Virus record (IMG/VR): IMGVR_UViG_3300020120_000133
Span: 1 to 64,000 of that record
DNA from: a virus
Length of the DNA: 64,000 nucleotides
Reading direction: 5' to 3' (one strand)
Positions 1 through 7,862 of this stretch are shown here, in pieces (the first letter of the stretch is position 1; every line of letters begins with the position of its first letter). Made by a program: the position numbers and the translations under genes. The notes under the pieces were generated by a model, which worked only from the letters and a program-made list of their open reading frames with translations, did not search any database and was not told where the DNA came from.

Positions 1-2
1 AC

Positions 3-242
3 TGCAAGCTAACCGGATACTGCGCCGACGAAGACGCCATTGACGGGTTCAGGCTCGCGTTCATCCGGCAGCGCGAGCGCGATATCAACAAGCTGATGGA
101 GTCGGCTTTCCGATTCTGGCTGAAGGCGTGTCAATCGGACTGCGAAGACTTCTACAGCGATGAGCAATTCGCCGAACACTCCGACGCGAACAACTGGGAA
201 TACTACGAAGACGGCGAACTGCACGGCGTCGCGCCGGCATAG
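3..242 (+). CDS. 3' end of a gene starting left of the window; hypothetical acidic phage protein
   Basis: This frame is open from the window edge to TAG at 240-242 (...NNWEYYEDGELHGVAPA*). Composition is protein-like. No in-window start, so it is absent from the ORF track. Confidence 0.4.
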   Translation, partial: CKLTGYCADEDAIDGFRLAFIRQRERDINKLMESAFRFWLKACQSDCEDFYSDEQFAEHSDANNWEYYEDGELHGVAPA

Positions 243-310
243 GTCCGCACAACAGCGCGCCTGTTCCGCCGTCGCGATGCGGGCGCGCGATTGTCTGGAC
301 CTGGAAACAC

Positions 311-337
311 TTACGGCCGCATAGTCGGCAGGAAAGG
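311..337 (+). repeat. Early-operon intercistronic hairpin+SD element, copy 1 (TTACGGCCGC-ATAGT-CGGCAGGAAAGG)
   Basis: GCCG/CGGC stem immediately 5' of a purine-rich SD, 10 nt before ATG 347. Related to the copies at 931, 2027 and 4007. Confidence 0.5.
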
Positions 338-346
338 CGGTTTGTC

Positions 347-913
347 ATGGGATTAGATATGTATCTGGAAGCGGAGAAGTACTTGAGCGGCTGGAGCCAC
401 GCCAAGCCAGCGGAGAAGAAACTTCAAGCCGACGTGCTACGCGCCGCCGGGCTGTCTGGCTTCCGATGCGATGACTCGCCGAGCGCATCGCTTGAGGTCA
501 CGGTTGCGTACTGGCGCAAGGCCAGCGCGATACACCGATGGTTCGTGGAGAAGGTCCAAGAGGGGCGCGACGAGTGCCAGAAGTCGGAGGTTGATCGTGA
601 CCAGCTTCGCGAGCTGGTGAACGATTGCCGCGCGGTCCTGGATTCGGTGGAGACCATTGAGGGCGATATCGACACCGGCAGGACGTACTACCCGGACGGG
701 CGCGTTGAACAGCACACAAAACGCGGCGAGGTTGTCGCGCAGGTTGGAATTGCGGCAGCGAAGATGCCGACACAAGCGGGGTTCTTTTTCGGGAGTACCG
801 ATTACGACGAATACTACCTGCAGGATTTGCGGGATACGGTCGAGCAAATCGAAACGATCCTGAGCGACGCGCGGTTTGAGGGGTGGACATTCAGCTATCA
901 CGCGAGCTGGTAA
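347..913 (+). CDS. Hypothetical phage early protein (188 aa)
   Basis: ORF-track ORF with an SD (GGCAGGAAAGG) upstream. First gene after hairpin element copy 1. Confidence 0.6.
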   Translation: MGLDMYLEAEKYLSGWSHAKPAEKKLQADVLRAAGLSGFRCDDSPSASLEVTVAYWRKASAIHRWFVEKVQEGRDECQKSEVDRDQLRELVNDCRAVLDSVETIEGDIDTGRTYYPDGRVEQHTKRGEVVAQVGIAAAKMPTQAGFFFGSTDYDEYYLQDLRDTVEQIETILSDARFEGWTFSYHASW

Positions 914-930
914 GCCAAAGACAAAACACC

Positions 931-957
931 TAACGGCCGCCAATGTGCGGCAGGGAG
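931..957 (+). repeat. Early-operon hairpin+SD element, copy 2 (TAACGGCCGC-CAATGT-GCGGCAGGGAG)
   Basis: GCCGC/GCGGC stem followed directly by GGGAG, 7 nt before ATG 964. Confidence 0.55.
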
Positions 958-963
958 CCAACA

Positions 964-1800
964 ATGTTCCGAGTTATCGTCAATCGCGCCGCCTTTGCTG
1001 CGGCACTTCAGCTTGTCGCCGCGACAGCGCCGAAGCGCTCGCCAAAGCCGATACTGCTTTGCGTCAAACTGGAGTCGGGGGAACACAACGTTTTCAAGAT
1101 CGGCGCGACGGATCTTGAAAGCGCGGTATCCATAACCGCCGCGCTTGTGCAAGTCGAATCGGCCGGCGCCGTGCTTGTGGACTTCGCGGCGCTGCAAAAG
1201 ATCGTCAAGGCCGACGAGTCGGCTACGCTGTCGATGGAGCAAACCGCCGACGCCAGGGCCGCCGACGGCGAGGAACCGTCGCGCTATCTGGTCATTCGCG
1301 ACGACGATTGCACCTACAAGCTATTCGCCGATCACAAAGTCGAGGACTTCCCGCCGATACCGGAAATTGCCACGGTGCGCGACGTGCCGCTGACGCCGAC
1401 TTTCGTTATCCCGGCGAACACGCTGCGGACGATGCTGGAGCAAACCGAGTTTTGCCGCGCCAAAGAGGCGACGCGCTACAGCATGAACGGCGTCTTGATC
1501 CGCAACAATGGACGTACCGATATCGTCGCGACCGATGGCCGCCGCTTGGCCGCCGCGATGACCCGCATTGCCGGGATCGACAGCGCGGACCGCAAGCGAA
1601 TCGTGCCGGGCGCCGCGATTGACGCGCTCTGCAAGGCGCTGAAGGCGTCTTACGAGCAAAACCCGCCGGTATCGGTCTGGTTCATCGACCCGCCGAAAGA
1701 TGAGAAGGGCAATATCACAACCAGCGCCGACGACGCCGGGCAAGTGGTGTTCAGCTTCGACGACGGCGAACCCGCCGCTTGCCGATGGCGCGGACATTAA
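964..1800 (+). CDS. DNA polymerase III beta sliding-clamp-like protein, C-terminally truncated
   Basis: Clamp-like N-terminus (MFRVIVNRAAFAAALQLV...) and the VATDGRRLA signature. Only 278 aa against about 370 for complete clamps. The reading frame runs into a methyltransferase remnant in another frame. Start taken at ATG 964 behind the SD, not at the track's ATG 943, which lies in the hairpin loop. Confidence 0.6.
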   Translation: MFRVIVNRAAFAAALQLVAATAPKRSPKPILLCVKLESGEHNVFKIGATDLESAVSITAALVQVESAGAVLVDFAALQKIVKADESATLSMEQTADARAADGEEPSRYLVIRDDDCTYKLFADHKVEDFPPIPEIATVRDVPLTPTFVIPANTLRTMLEQTEFCRAKEATRYSMNGVLIRNNGRTDIVATDGRRLAAAMTRIAGIDSADRKRIVPGAAIDALCKALKASYEQNPPVSVWFIDPPKDEKGNITTSADDAGQVVFSFDDGEPAACRWRGH

Positions 1801-2029
1801 GCACATCCTGCACGCGCTGACGATGCTCAAGCCGAACGGTGGCCGATGCGTCGCGATCTGCGCCAACGGGCCACGACAGCGCGAGGAACTGAAACCGATG
1901 GCGACGGAGTGGATTGACCTGGAGCCTGGGAGTTTCGCGGCATCAGGCACCAACGTAAACGCCGCAATCGCGGTGTTCGAGCCGACGGAAGAGTACGAAG
2001 GAATCGACTATCCGAGCCAGAAATTCTAA
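1769..2029 (+). pseudogene. C-terminal remnant of a SAM-dependent DNA methyltransferase, from the NPPx motif onward
   Basis: Frame 2 reads NPPLADGADIKHILHALTMLKPNGGRCVAICANGPRQREEL. This is a motif IV-like NPP[FL] plus downstream region. There is no FxGxG domain and no start. The upstream residues in this frame (KWCSASTTA) look non-homologous. Confidence 0.5.
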
Positions 2030-2051
2030 CGGCCGCGAGAGCGGCAGAGAG
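2027..2051 (+). repeat. Early-operon hairpin+SD element, copy 3 (TAACGGCCGC-GAGA-GCGGCAGAGAG)
   Basis: Same TAACGGCCGC...GCGGCAG architecture. The TAA is the stop of the methyltransferase-remnant frame. Confidence 0.55.
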
Positions 2052-2063
2052 TGACGGTGTGAG

Positions 2064-2342
2064 ATGCCAGAGAAGAAACTGTACAGCGTTCAATGTGCCT
2101 TTGATTGCCCGGCGTATTTCCGCGTCGAGATCGAGGCCGCGACGCCGGAAGAGGCAATCGAGATCGCCAAAGCGCAATGCGCCGACGGCAGCATCGACGC
2201 GAACGACTGGAGCTACGAGCCGGAACTTGGCGACAGCTACCGCGTTGTCGATGAAGCTGGCGACGTCGAAGAGGTCGAGATCGTGGAAATGCCGAATGGC
2301 GCGACCGCGCATCTGCGGGGCGGGAAAGGCGGTGCGCCGTGA
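2064..2342 (+). CDS. Hypothetical small acidic protein (92 aa)
   Basis: ORF-track ORF. Its stop overlaps the next start (GTGA). Confidence 0.5.
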   Translation: MPEKKLYSVQCAFDCPAYFRVEIEAATPEEAIEIAKAQCADGSIDANDWSYEPELGDSYRVVDEAGDVEEVEIVEMPNGATAHLRGGKGGAP

Positions 2343-3007
2343 CAACTGTGACAGCCGCACAACCAGACACGGAGAAGATGAGATTTTCCGTGCGCACTCA
2401 CGAACAAGCCTACGGCGACGGCGCGAGATTTCACGAATACCGAATCGTGATGCGTCTTGGCGGTCGCGTTGTTGGCATCGACGATGGGCCGCGCAGAACC
2501 CACAAGAGCCGTGAAGATGCAAGGCAGGTGGGTCGTGCGCGGATTCTAGAGCTTCGGCAGCATCAGCTTTACGCCATCGAGGTCACGAAGAAAGACATCG
2601 AGATCGGCGAGGCGCGTTCCTGTCAATCGTGCGCGATCGCACAGGCGCTGTGGCGGAATCAGGAGCGGATGGGGCTATCGAAATACGAATGGGATTTCCG
2701 CGTCGAGCCGTATGGATTCATGGTTGATGTGGACGGGATCGTGCTTTCCAAGCTGCACGATTGTCATGCGCCGCGCCTTGCGACCGGAGAGAATGCAATG
2801 CCGGATTTGGTAAGCGAGGGGCAGCGCGGCATCTGGGTTGAATCGATGATGGAATGGTCGATGAACTGGGACGAATGGGCGGACAGCCGCGTAATGAGCA
2901 TCGAAGAATGGCGGGAGGAACACGGTTACCACGATGGGGAGAGACCATATCGGCCGTCGCCGTGTTCATTCGTTCTGGACATGCAAGCGCTTCGGGAGAC
3001 CCAATGA
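2339..3007 (+). CDS. Hypothetical protein (up to 222 aa)
   Basis: ORF-track ORF. GTG 2339 overlaps the upstream stop. The alternative start ATG 2378 has GGAG upstream. Confidence 0.55.
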   Translation: MTTVTAAQPDTEKMRFSVRTHEQAYGDGARFHEYRIVMRLGGRVVGIDDGPRRTHKSREDARQVGRARILELRQHQLYAIEVTKKDIEIGEARSCQSCAIAQALWRNQERMGLSKYEWDFRVEPYGFMVDVDGIVLSKLHDCHAPRLATGENAMPDLVSEGQRGIWVESMMEWSMNWDEWADSRVMSIEEWREEHGYHDGERPYRPSPCSFVLDMQALRETQ

Positions 3008-3261
3008 GCGCCGCCGATCTCCGATCTCTCCGCGCCGAAGTCGTCGCGCTGCTGCTGGCGGGCAAGTCGGACCAGCACATCCTGGAATGGCTGCCGGAAT
3101 GCCGAGACCCGCTAACCCTGCTGGCGCTGCTGCGGATAGTGACGGCCGAGTTGGAAGAGCGCAACGCATATACCAAGGAACGGGAGCCGCGAGGCGACGT
3201 GAAGCAGTGGGGGAAACGTGAACGGTTCAGGAACAACAACCGCGCCGATGCGAGCGAGTAA
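3004..3261 (+). CDS. Hypothetical protein (85 aa)
   Basis: ATG 3004 overlaps the upstream stop (ATGA). In frame with track ORF 2854..3261. Confidence 0.5.
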   Translation: MSAADLRSLRAEVVALLLAGKSDQHILEWLPECRDPLTLLALLRIVTAELEERNAYTKEREPRGDVKQWGKRERFRNNNRADASE

Positions 3262-3262
3262 G

Positions 3263-3499
3263 ATGACGGTCATGGCAAAATCACAGCAGAAGCATCTTGA
3301 AGTCCTCCGTCAGCGGCGGAAGTTCCTGGCCGACAAGATCCAAGAACGAAAGGCGCGGCGCGAACAGGTCAGCTACGAATACGCCGAACTGTCGGCGCTG
3401 GCATGGGCGCTGCCGATCCTGGAAGCAAGCTGCGGGAAGCCGCAGGAAAGGGATGCGAATCATGGAACCGACGAAGACGAGCCAAACGGAAACCGCTGA
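3263..3499 (+). CDS. Hypothetical coiled-coil protein (78 aa)
   Basis: Internal ATG of track ORF 3218..3499, lying just after the upstream stop. Charged, helical composition. Confidence 0.45.
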   Translation: MTVMAKSQQKHLEVLRQRRKFLADKIQERKARREQVSYEYAELSALAWALPILEASCGKPQERDANHGTDEDEPNGNR

Positions 3500-3806
3500 T
3501 CCGGCGAAAGGATCGCACACGCCGGCGCCGTGGCATCTTTCCAGCAGCGGGAATTTCGTCCGCAAGCTGGTGCCGACGCTGGGCGACGGTCCCAGAGACT
3601 TCAATATCTGTCAGGTGTCCGCGACGCTGGACCCGGCAGAGAAGGCCGCGAACGCCAAGTTAATCGTATCCGCGCCGAACCTGCTGAATACGCTGAAGCA
3701 AATCGCCGCCGTGGAGATACGGCCGCACGACAGGGAATCTTGGCTTGGCCTCATACTGGTCGCCTGTCGCAACGCCGCCGCTATCGCCGTCAACGACGCA
3801 GAATAA
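3453..3806 (+). CDS. Hypothetical phage protein (117 aa)
   Basis: ATG 3453 behind AGGAAAGGG. The part of track ORF 3297..3806 upstream of this ATG looks like Arg/Ser junk. Confidence 0.5.
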   Translation: MRIMEPTKTSQTETADPAKGSHTPAPWHLSSSGNFVRKLVPTLGDGPRDFNICQVSATLDPAEKAANAKLIVSAPNLLNTLKQIAAVEIRPHDRESWLGLILVACRNAAAIAVNDAE

Positions 3807-3817
3807 GGGAGTCAATC

Positions 3818-4009
3818 ATGCGAACAGCAAAGATCAAATCGGCGCGACGACTGGCGAGTAACCAAGTCGCGCTGCGCCGCCGGATCGAGACCGCCGCCGA
3901 TGCCGAACTGGACCGGCTGCTGGATGCGATCACGACGGCGCCGGAGCTGATGGAGCCGGAAGAGGACCGCGAACGTTTTGAATCGGAGTTCGAGTTGAAC
4001 CAGTTCTAA
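3818..4009 (+). CDS. Hypothetical small protein (63 aa)
   Basis: ATG 3818 behind AAGGGAG. In frame with track ORF 3530..4009. Confidence 0.45.
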   Translation: MRTAKIKSARRLASNQVALRRRIETAADAELDRLLDAITTAPELMEPEEDRERFESEFELNQF

Positions 4010-4032
4010 CAGCCGCCAGTGCGGCAAGGAGC
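4007..4032 (+). repeat. Early-operon hairpin+SD element, copy 4 (TAACAGCCGC-CAGT-GCGGCAAGGAG)
   Basis: The TAA is the stop of the upstream gene. GCCGC/GCGGC stem, then AAGGAG 6 nt before ATG 4038. Confidence 0.55.
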
Positions 4033-4037
4033 GTGTC

Positions 4038-4337
4038 ATGTTCGGCAACAACTACCCAACAGGCGTAACCATGAACGACGTATCCGACTCACCCGAATTC
4101 GCCGCGCTCGACGAGTTGACCCACGACGAACTGTGGGAACTGGCGAGCGAGAAACAGCAGGAAACGATTCGCGACAACTTCCTGGACAAGAAGCGCGACG
4201 CGATTACTTCGTGGTGCGAAGAGTGTGACGACCACAACGTCGCCGGCTTGGGGCGCTGTCTGCTGGCGGCATGGCGCGAGGTCAGGAACGGCGAACTGGA
4301 TCGGCTGATGCAGAACGGAGAACTGAGGGTGCAATAA
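4038..4337 (+). CDS. Hypothetical acidic protein (99 aa)
   Basis: ORF-track ORF behind hairpin+SD copy 4. Confidence 0.5.
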   Translation: MFGNNYPTGVTMNDVSDSPEFAALDELTHDELWELASEKQQETIRDNFLDKKRDAITSWCEECDDHNVAGLGRCLLAAWREVRNGELDRLMQNGELRVQ

Positions 4338-4618
4338 TGGCGAAATGGATACGAGTCAGTGGCGAAGTCTCCGACGTGACCCCGGCCAACGGGAAGCATT
4401 TCAGTCTCGCGGAGATGCAGAGATTCGTTGGCGGCTATATCGAGATCATCCCGGCACAAGATCCGCTTTTCAGCTTGGTCATTAACGAAGAAGGAAAACT
4501 GAATGGTCTGCCTCGCAATGAGACTGCGACGAGCATGACGCGCGGCGTCGTAATGCCGGGAGATTTTGTGGTAGGCGACGTGCTAATCATCTCGAACGAT
4601 GAGATTGAATCCGCATGA
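4337..4618 (+). CDS. DUF3846-like protein
   Basis: MAKWIRVSGEVSDV...LAEMQRFVGGYIEII...GLPRN resembles the DUF3846 pattern as I recall it. ATG 4337 overlaps the upstream TAA. Confidence 0.55.
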   Translation: MAKWIRVSGEVSDVTPANGKHFSLAEMQRFVGGYIEIIPAQDPLFSLVINEEGKLNGLPRNETATSMTRGVVMPGDFVVGDVLIISNDEIESA

Positions 4619-4641
4619 AAGGCAGGCGCGACGGCGCGATA

Positions 4642-5862
4642 TTACTGGATCAGGAAAAGGACGCGGCCAACCAGATGACTGTCAATCGTTCCAAAATCAT
4701 CCCCACTTACGATTCCGTCGTGATTGAGATCGGCAACGAGAGATCCGCCGAGGTTCGCGTCTACCACGCCGTAGTCGTCGCCGGTTACCCGGCCGTCGAA
4801 ATTAGCATCACCGAGCGGAGAGAAAACCTTCGCGACGCCAGCCGGAACGCCGGAGAGACCGCCGCGATAGATCAGTGGGCCGATCCAAGTTTGGGTGCCG
4901 CCGTCGTTCTCAATCGCCAGCCCGGTGCCGTCGTTGATCGTGACGTTCTCCCCAACAGTGTTCGGGCCGGTGTGCAGTTGGAGCGAGCTGTTGCCGGTCC
5001 CCTGGACCATGATGTTCTCGGCGATCAGGTTTCCGCGCGAGGGGCCGGCGCCGTCGATCTGATAGAACGATGCCGCCTTGTTGTAGTTCCCGACAATCGT
5101 GTTTCCGGTGAACGTCGAGTTCTGGATGCCGTCGCAATTCAAACCAGAACCGCCATTCTTGCCGTTCCGAAAAATCTGGTTGCCCGTGACGACAAAGCCC
5201 GTCGCGATAAATCCGTCGGAGTTCAGGTGAAGACCGTTGCCGAAATTATCGTGGATCGAGCAATTCGAGATCGTGACGTTGTGGCTGTTTTGTGCGACGT
5301 AGAAGCCGTGTTCGCCGGGCGTCACGGTGCCGAGATTGTTGTTGAACGATTCGCAGCCATCGAAAACGCAGTTGTTCAAATAAGCGCCGTAAAAACCGAC
5401 CCACCCGTTATTGCTGGCTTTGCAGTTCGTGACGGTGACATGATCGGAGAATCTGATCCTGAAACCGCTGGCGATGCCGTTGCGGATCGTGCCGCCAGCA
5501 TCGTTGACGTTGAACCCGTCGATGTCGATGTAGCTACAGCCGCTGCTGGCATCGAAGCCGGAAAGTTCAATACCACAATCGACCTGAGTTTCCGCCGCCG
5601 CCCTGTTGATGATGTTGACCGCGCCGATCGCCTGGAACCGGATGTGTGCCGCCGCCGTCCCCTTCAATCCGAATTCCGAGAAGCCGGAGTAGTTGCCAGC
5701 GGTGACGTCCACGGTATCGCCAGCGCGAACCGCGTCGGCGGCATGTTGAAGCGTTTTGAACGGTACGGCCCGAGTTCCGGCGCCGCTGTCGTTCCCGGCC
5801 GTGCTGACCCAAAAGGTTGTCAGCAGTCGCCGCGATTCAAGGGATTCGAAAAATCGTCGCAT
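4642..5862 (-). CDS. Secreted right-handed beta-helix (pectate-lyase-fold) protein with C-terminal dockerin-like repeats
   Basis: N-terminus MRRFFESLESRRLLTTFWVS. Repeated beta-helix turns (NxxxGxxL, NNxF). C-terminus has GDANFDGRVTGDDYGVVDANLG and ADLNHDGIVSGDDFGTID, which are calcium-binding dockerin-type repeats. It lies opposite to the surrounding operon. Confidence 0.75.
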   Translation of the reverse strand: MRRFFESLESRRLLTTFWVSTAGNDSGAGTRAVPFKTLQHAADAVRAGDTVDVTAGNYSGFSEFGLKGTAAAHIRFQAIGAVNIINRAAAETQVDCGIELSGFDASSGCSYIDIDGFNVNDAGGTIRNGIASGFRIRFSDHVTVTNCKASNNGWVGFYGAYLNNCVFDGCESFNNNLGTVTPGEHGFYVAQNSHNVTISNCSIHDNFGNGLHLNSDGFIATGFVVTGNQIFRNGKNGGSGLNCDGIQNSTFTGNTIVGNYNKAASFYQIDGAGPSRGNLIAENIMVQGTGNSSLQLHTGPNTVGENVTINDGTGLAIENDGGTQTWIGPLIYRGGLSGVPAGVAKVFSPLGDANFDGRVTGDDYGVVDANLGGSLVADLNHDGIVSGDDFGTIDSHLVGRVLFLIQ

Positions 5863-5924
5863 CGGTATGCCTCACCGATTGCAGACGTTCAAACTGGGTA
5901 ATTTGAGGCCGAAAGGAATGTGGT

Positions 5925-6149
5925 ATGAGTTATTTTCCGAATAAGTCGGTCGAGCAGATTGCGGAGCTAACGGACGAGCAGGTCACGAAGGCGATTGACC
6001 TTGCCTGCGCCGAAGCCGGAGTTCCGCTGTTCATCGAAGTGAGCGAGAAACCCGCAGAGCCGCCGCAGCCGGAAGTGGAGATGTACCAAGTCGGCGAATG
6101 GTTTTTCGCCAAGATCGAAGATGCCAAGGGTGACCATCCAACAATATGA
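5925..6149 (+). CDS. Hypothetical small protein (74 aa)
   Basis: ORF-track ORF behind AAAGGAA. Confidence 0.45.
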   Translation: MSYFPNKSVEQIAELTDEQVTKAIDLACAEAGVPLFIEVSEKPAEPPQPEVEMYQVGEWFFAKIEDAKGDHPTI

Positions 6150-6456
6150 AGCGCAGGTTGCCAAGCGCGACAAGGCATCGGCCGAGCGAGGCCGGGTTGC
6201 CTCTGCGGTTTGGGCAGAGATCAACGAAGCGCGCGGCGAGATCCGCGAGCGACAGCGGGTCATCGACACCTACAACAAATACGTCGAGCTGGCCGACGGC
6301 GACCGCGTTGTCGCGTGGCGCTTCCTGATGAAAGCCGAGAAACTGACGGAAGAACAGGTCAAGACGATGAAGCTGGAAGAGGCGATTCAGCTAAACGAGT
6401 TCGTGCCGGATTGGCGGCCGGCCGAGTCGGTTTCGGAAGACGCGATGGCCGTTTAG
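6121..6456 (+). CDS. Hypothetical coiled-coil protein (111 aa)
   Basis: ORF-track ORF. Overlaps the previous gene by 29 nt, so the start is uncertain. Confidence 0.45.
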   Translation: MPRVTIQQYEAQVAKRDKASAERGRVASAVWAEINEARGEIRERQRVIDTYNKYVELADGDRVVAWRFLMKAEKLTEEQVKTMKLEEAIQLNEFVPDWRPAESVSEDAMAV

Positions 6457-6465
6457 AGGTATCCC

Positions 6466-6639
6466 ATGAGAAGCGTTCGCATCGTTCGTCGTCCCTCCCC
6501 GATCGCGCTCCTGATCGTCGTCGCCATAGCGGGCTTCGCGTTCTGGTTCCTGTTCGATGTCGGCTACATCTGGATCATCATGGTGTCGGGGCTGATCGCG
6601 GCGCTGCCAAAACCCAAGCGGGGAAAGCGAGGATGGTGA
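6466..6639 (+). CDS. Small membrane protein (57 aa, two hydrophobic segments)
   Basis: Hand-translated as MRSVRIVRRPSPIALLIVVAIAGFAFWFLFDVGYIWIIMVSGLIAALPKPKRGKRGW. It fills the gap between neighbouring genes. It falls below the length cutoff of the ORF track. Confidence 0.4.
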   Translation: MRSVRIVRRPSPIALLIVVAIAGFAFWFLFDVGYIWIIMVSGLIAALPKPKRGKRGW

Positions 6640-6640
6640 G

Positions 6641-6928
6641 ATGACCGCAGAAGAGATCAGAAAGCGCGGCTATGACAACCCGCGAGAAATTGCTGGTCGC
6701 GGATGGTGCGCGATCATGCCCATGTTGTTCACGACTGGATTGTTTTATGGGCTGGATACATTCGGGCCAGCGGGGCGCTACTGCTACGCCAACAGGGAAG
6801 ATGCCGGAGAGGCGCTGGAAAAATGGACTGGCGACGGCGACCCGCCTGGGCCGTGGATCAAAGAAAAACCTAGTGAACGAAGAGGACCGGGGAATCCTGA
6901 AGGTGAATCCAATGACTACTTTGACTGA
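6641..6928 (+). CDS. Hypothetical protein (95 aa)
   Basis: ORF-track ORF. ATG lies 1 nt after the upstream stop. Confidence 0.45.
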   Translation: MTAEEIRKRGYDNPREIAGRGWCAIMPMLFTTGLFYGLDTFGPAGRYCYANREDAGEALEKWTGDGDPPGPWIKEKPSERRGPGNPEGESNDYFD

Positions 6929-7862
6929 ACATTTCACAGAAACCGGAATCGTCGCGGCCGATCCGATCGACACGACATTCCGAGCCGTCTTTGCCGAACT
7001 GTCGCCCAATACACTGCGCAGTTACGGCGATGCCTTCGATGACTTCGCGCGATTCCTGGGCTACACCGCCAGACCGGCTGCGGCGCGGCACCTGTTCATG
7101 TCGTCGAAGGACGAGGCAAAGCTGCTGGTGTCGAGATGGCGCGCCGATCTCTTGGCGCGCGGATTCGCAGCCGCAACCGTGGCGACAAAACTCGGCTGCT
7201 TGGCTGGAATCGTCAAAGAGATGCAATGGTTCGGCGTCGTTCCTTGGGCGCTGGAATACAAACCTGTCAAACCGACGAAGCTGCGGGATACCCGTGGCCC
7301 CGGCGCCGATGCTGTTGCCGCGATGCTGAAGCATCTTGATCCAGACACCGCGATGAATGCCAGAGACTCTGCGATCATCGAACTTTTGATCAACCCGGCG
7401 CTGCGTCGCGGAGAGGTCGCTGGACTCGATCTTTGTGACGTCGAATTCGAGTCCGGCAGGATCAGGATTCGCGGCAAGGGTAGGCATGACGATGAGTTCG
7501 TGACGGTGGCAGAGCTGCAACTCGATGCGATTCGGCGCTGGCTGCGCTTCCGTGGCGTCGAGAATGGTCCGCTATTCGTCAACTTGGATCGGGCGCACGA
7601 AACCGGCAAACTGACAACGCAGGGAATCTACAACATCGTCGCCAGAACGGCTGCGGCAGTCGGTGTCACCACGCCGACGAGTCCGCACCGATTGAGACAC
7701 CACGGAATCACGGACGCGGCGAGGGTCACCGGGATGAATGTGATCGAGACCGCCAAGTTCGCCAGACACAAAAATTACGCCACAACCGAACGCTACATCG
7801 ATAACTTGAAAGACGTCGCCGGAGATGTCGCCAAGCGCGTCGCGGCGATGAGAGGAAAATGA
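6912..7862 (+). CDS. Tyrosine recombinase (XerC/D-like phage integrase family), canonical active site
   Basis: Active-site elements ALRRGEV (Arg I), GKGRH, HRLRHHGIT (HxxR) and ARHKNYATTERY (His...Tyr). Start taken at ATG 6912 (MTTLTEHF), in frame with track ORF 6672..7862. Confidence 0.85.
   Translation: MTTLTEHFTETGIVAADPIDTTFRAVFAELSPNTLRSYGDAFDDFARFLGYTARPAAARHLFMSSKDEAKLLVSRWRADLLARGFAAATVATKLGCLAGIVKEMQWFGVVPWALEYKPVKPTKLRDTRGPGADAVAAMLKHLDPDTAMNARDSAIIELLINPALRRGEVAGLDLCDVEFESGRIRIRGKGRHDDEFVTVAELQLDAIRRWLRFRGVENGPLFVNLDRAHETGKLTTQGIYNIVARTAAAVGVTTPTSPHRLRHHGITDAARVTGMNVIETAKFARHKNYATTERYIDNLKDVAGDVAKRVAAMRGK

Noticed and set aside
4615-5901. 428-aa plus-strand ORF
   Set aside because: It is the antisense shadow of the well-supported beta-helix/dockerin gene. 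It has Arg/Val/Asp/Ala-rich junk composition and no recognisable motifs.
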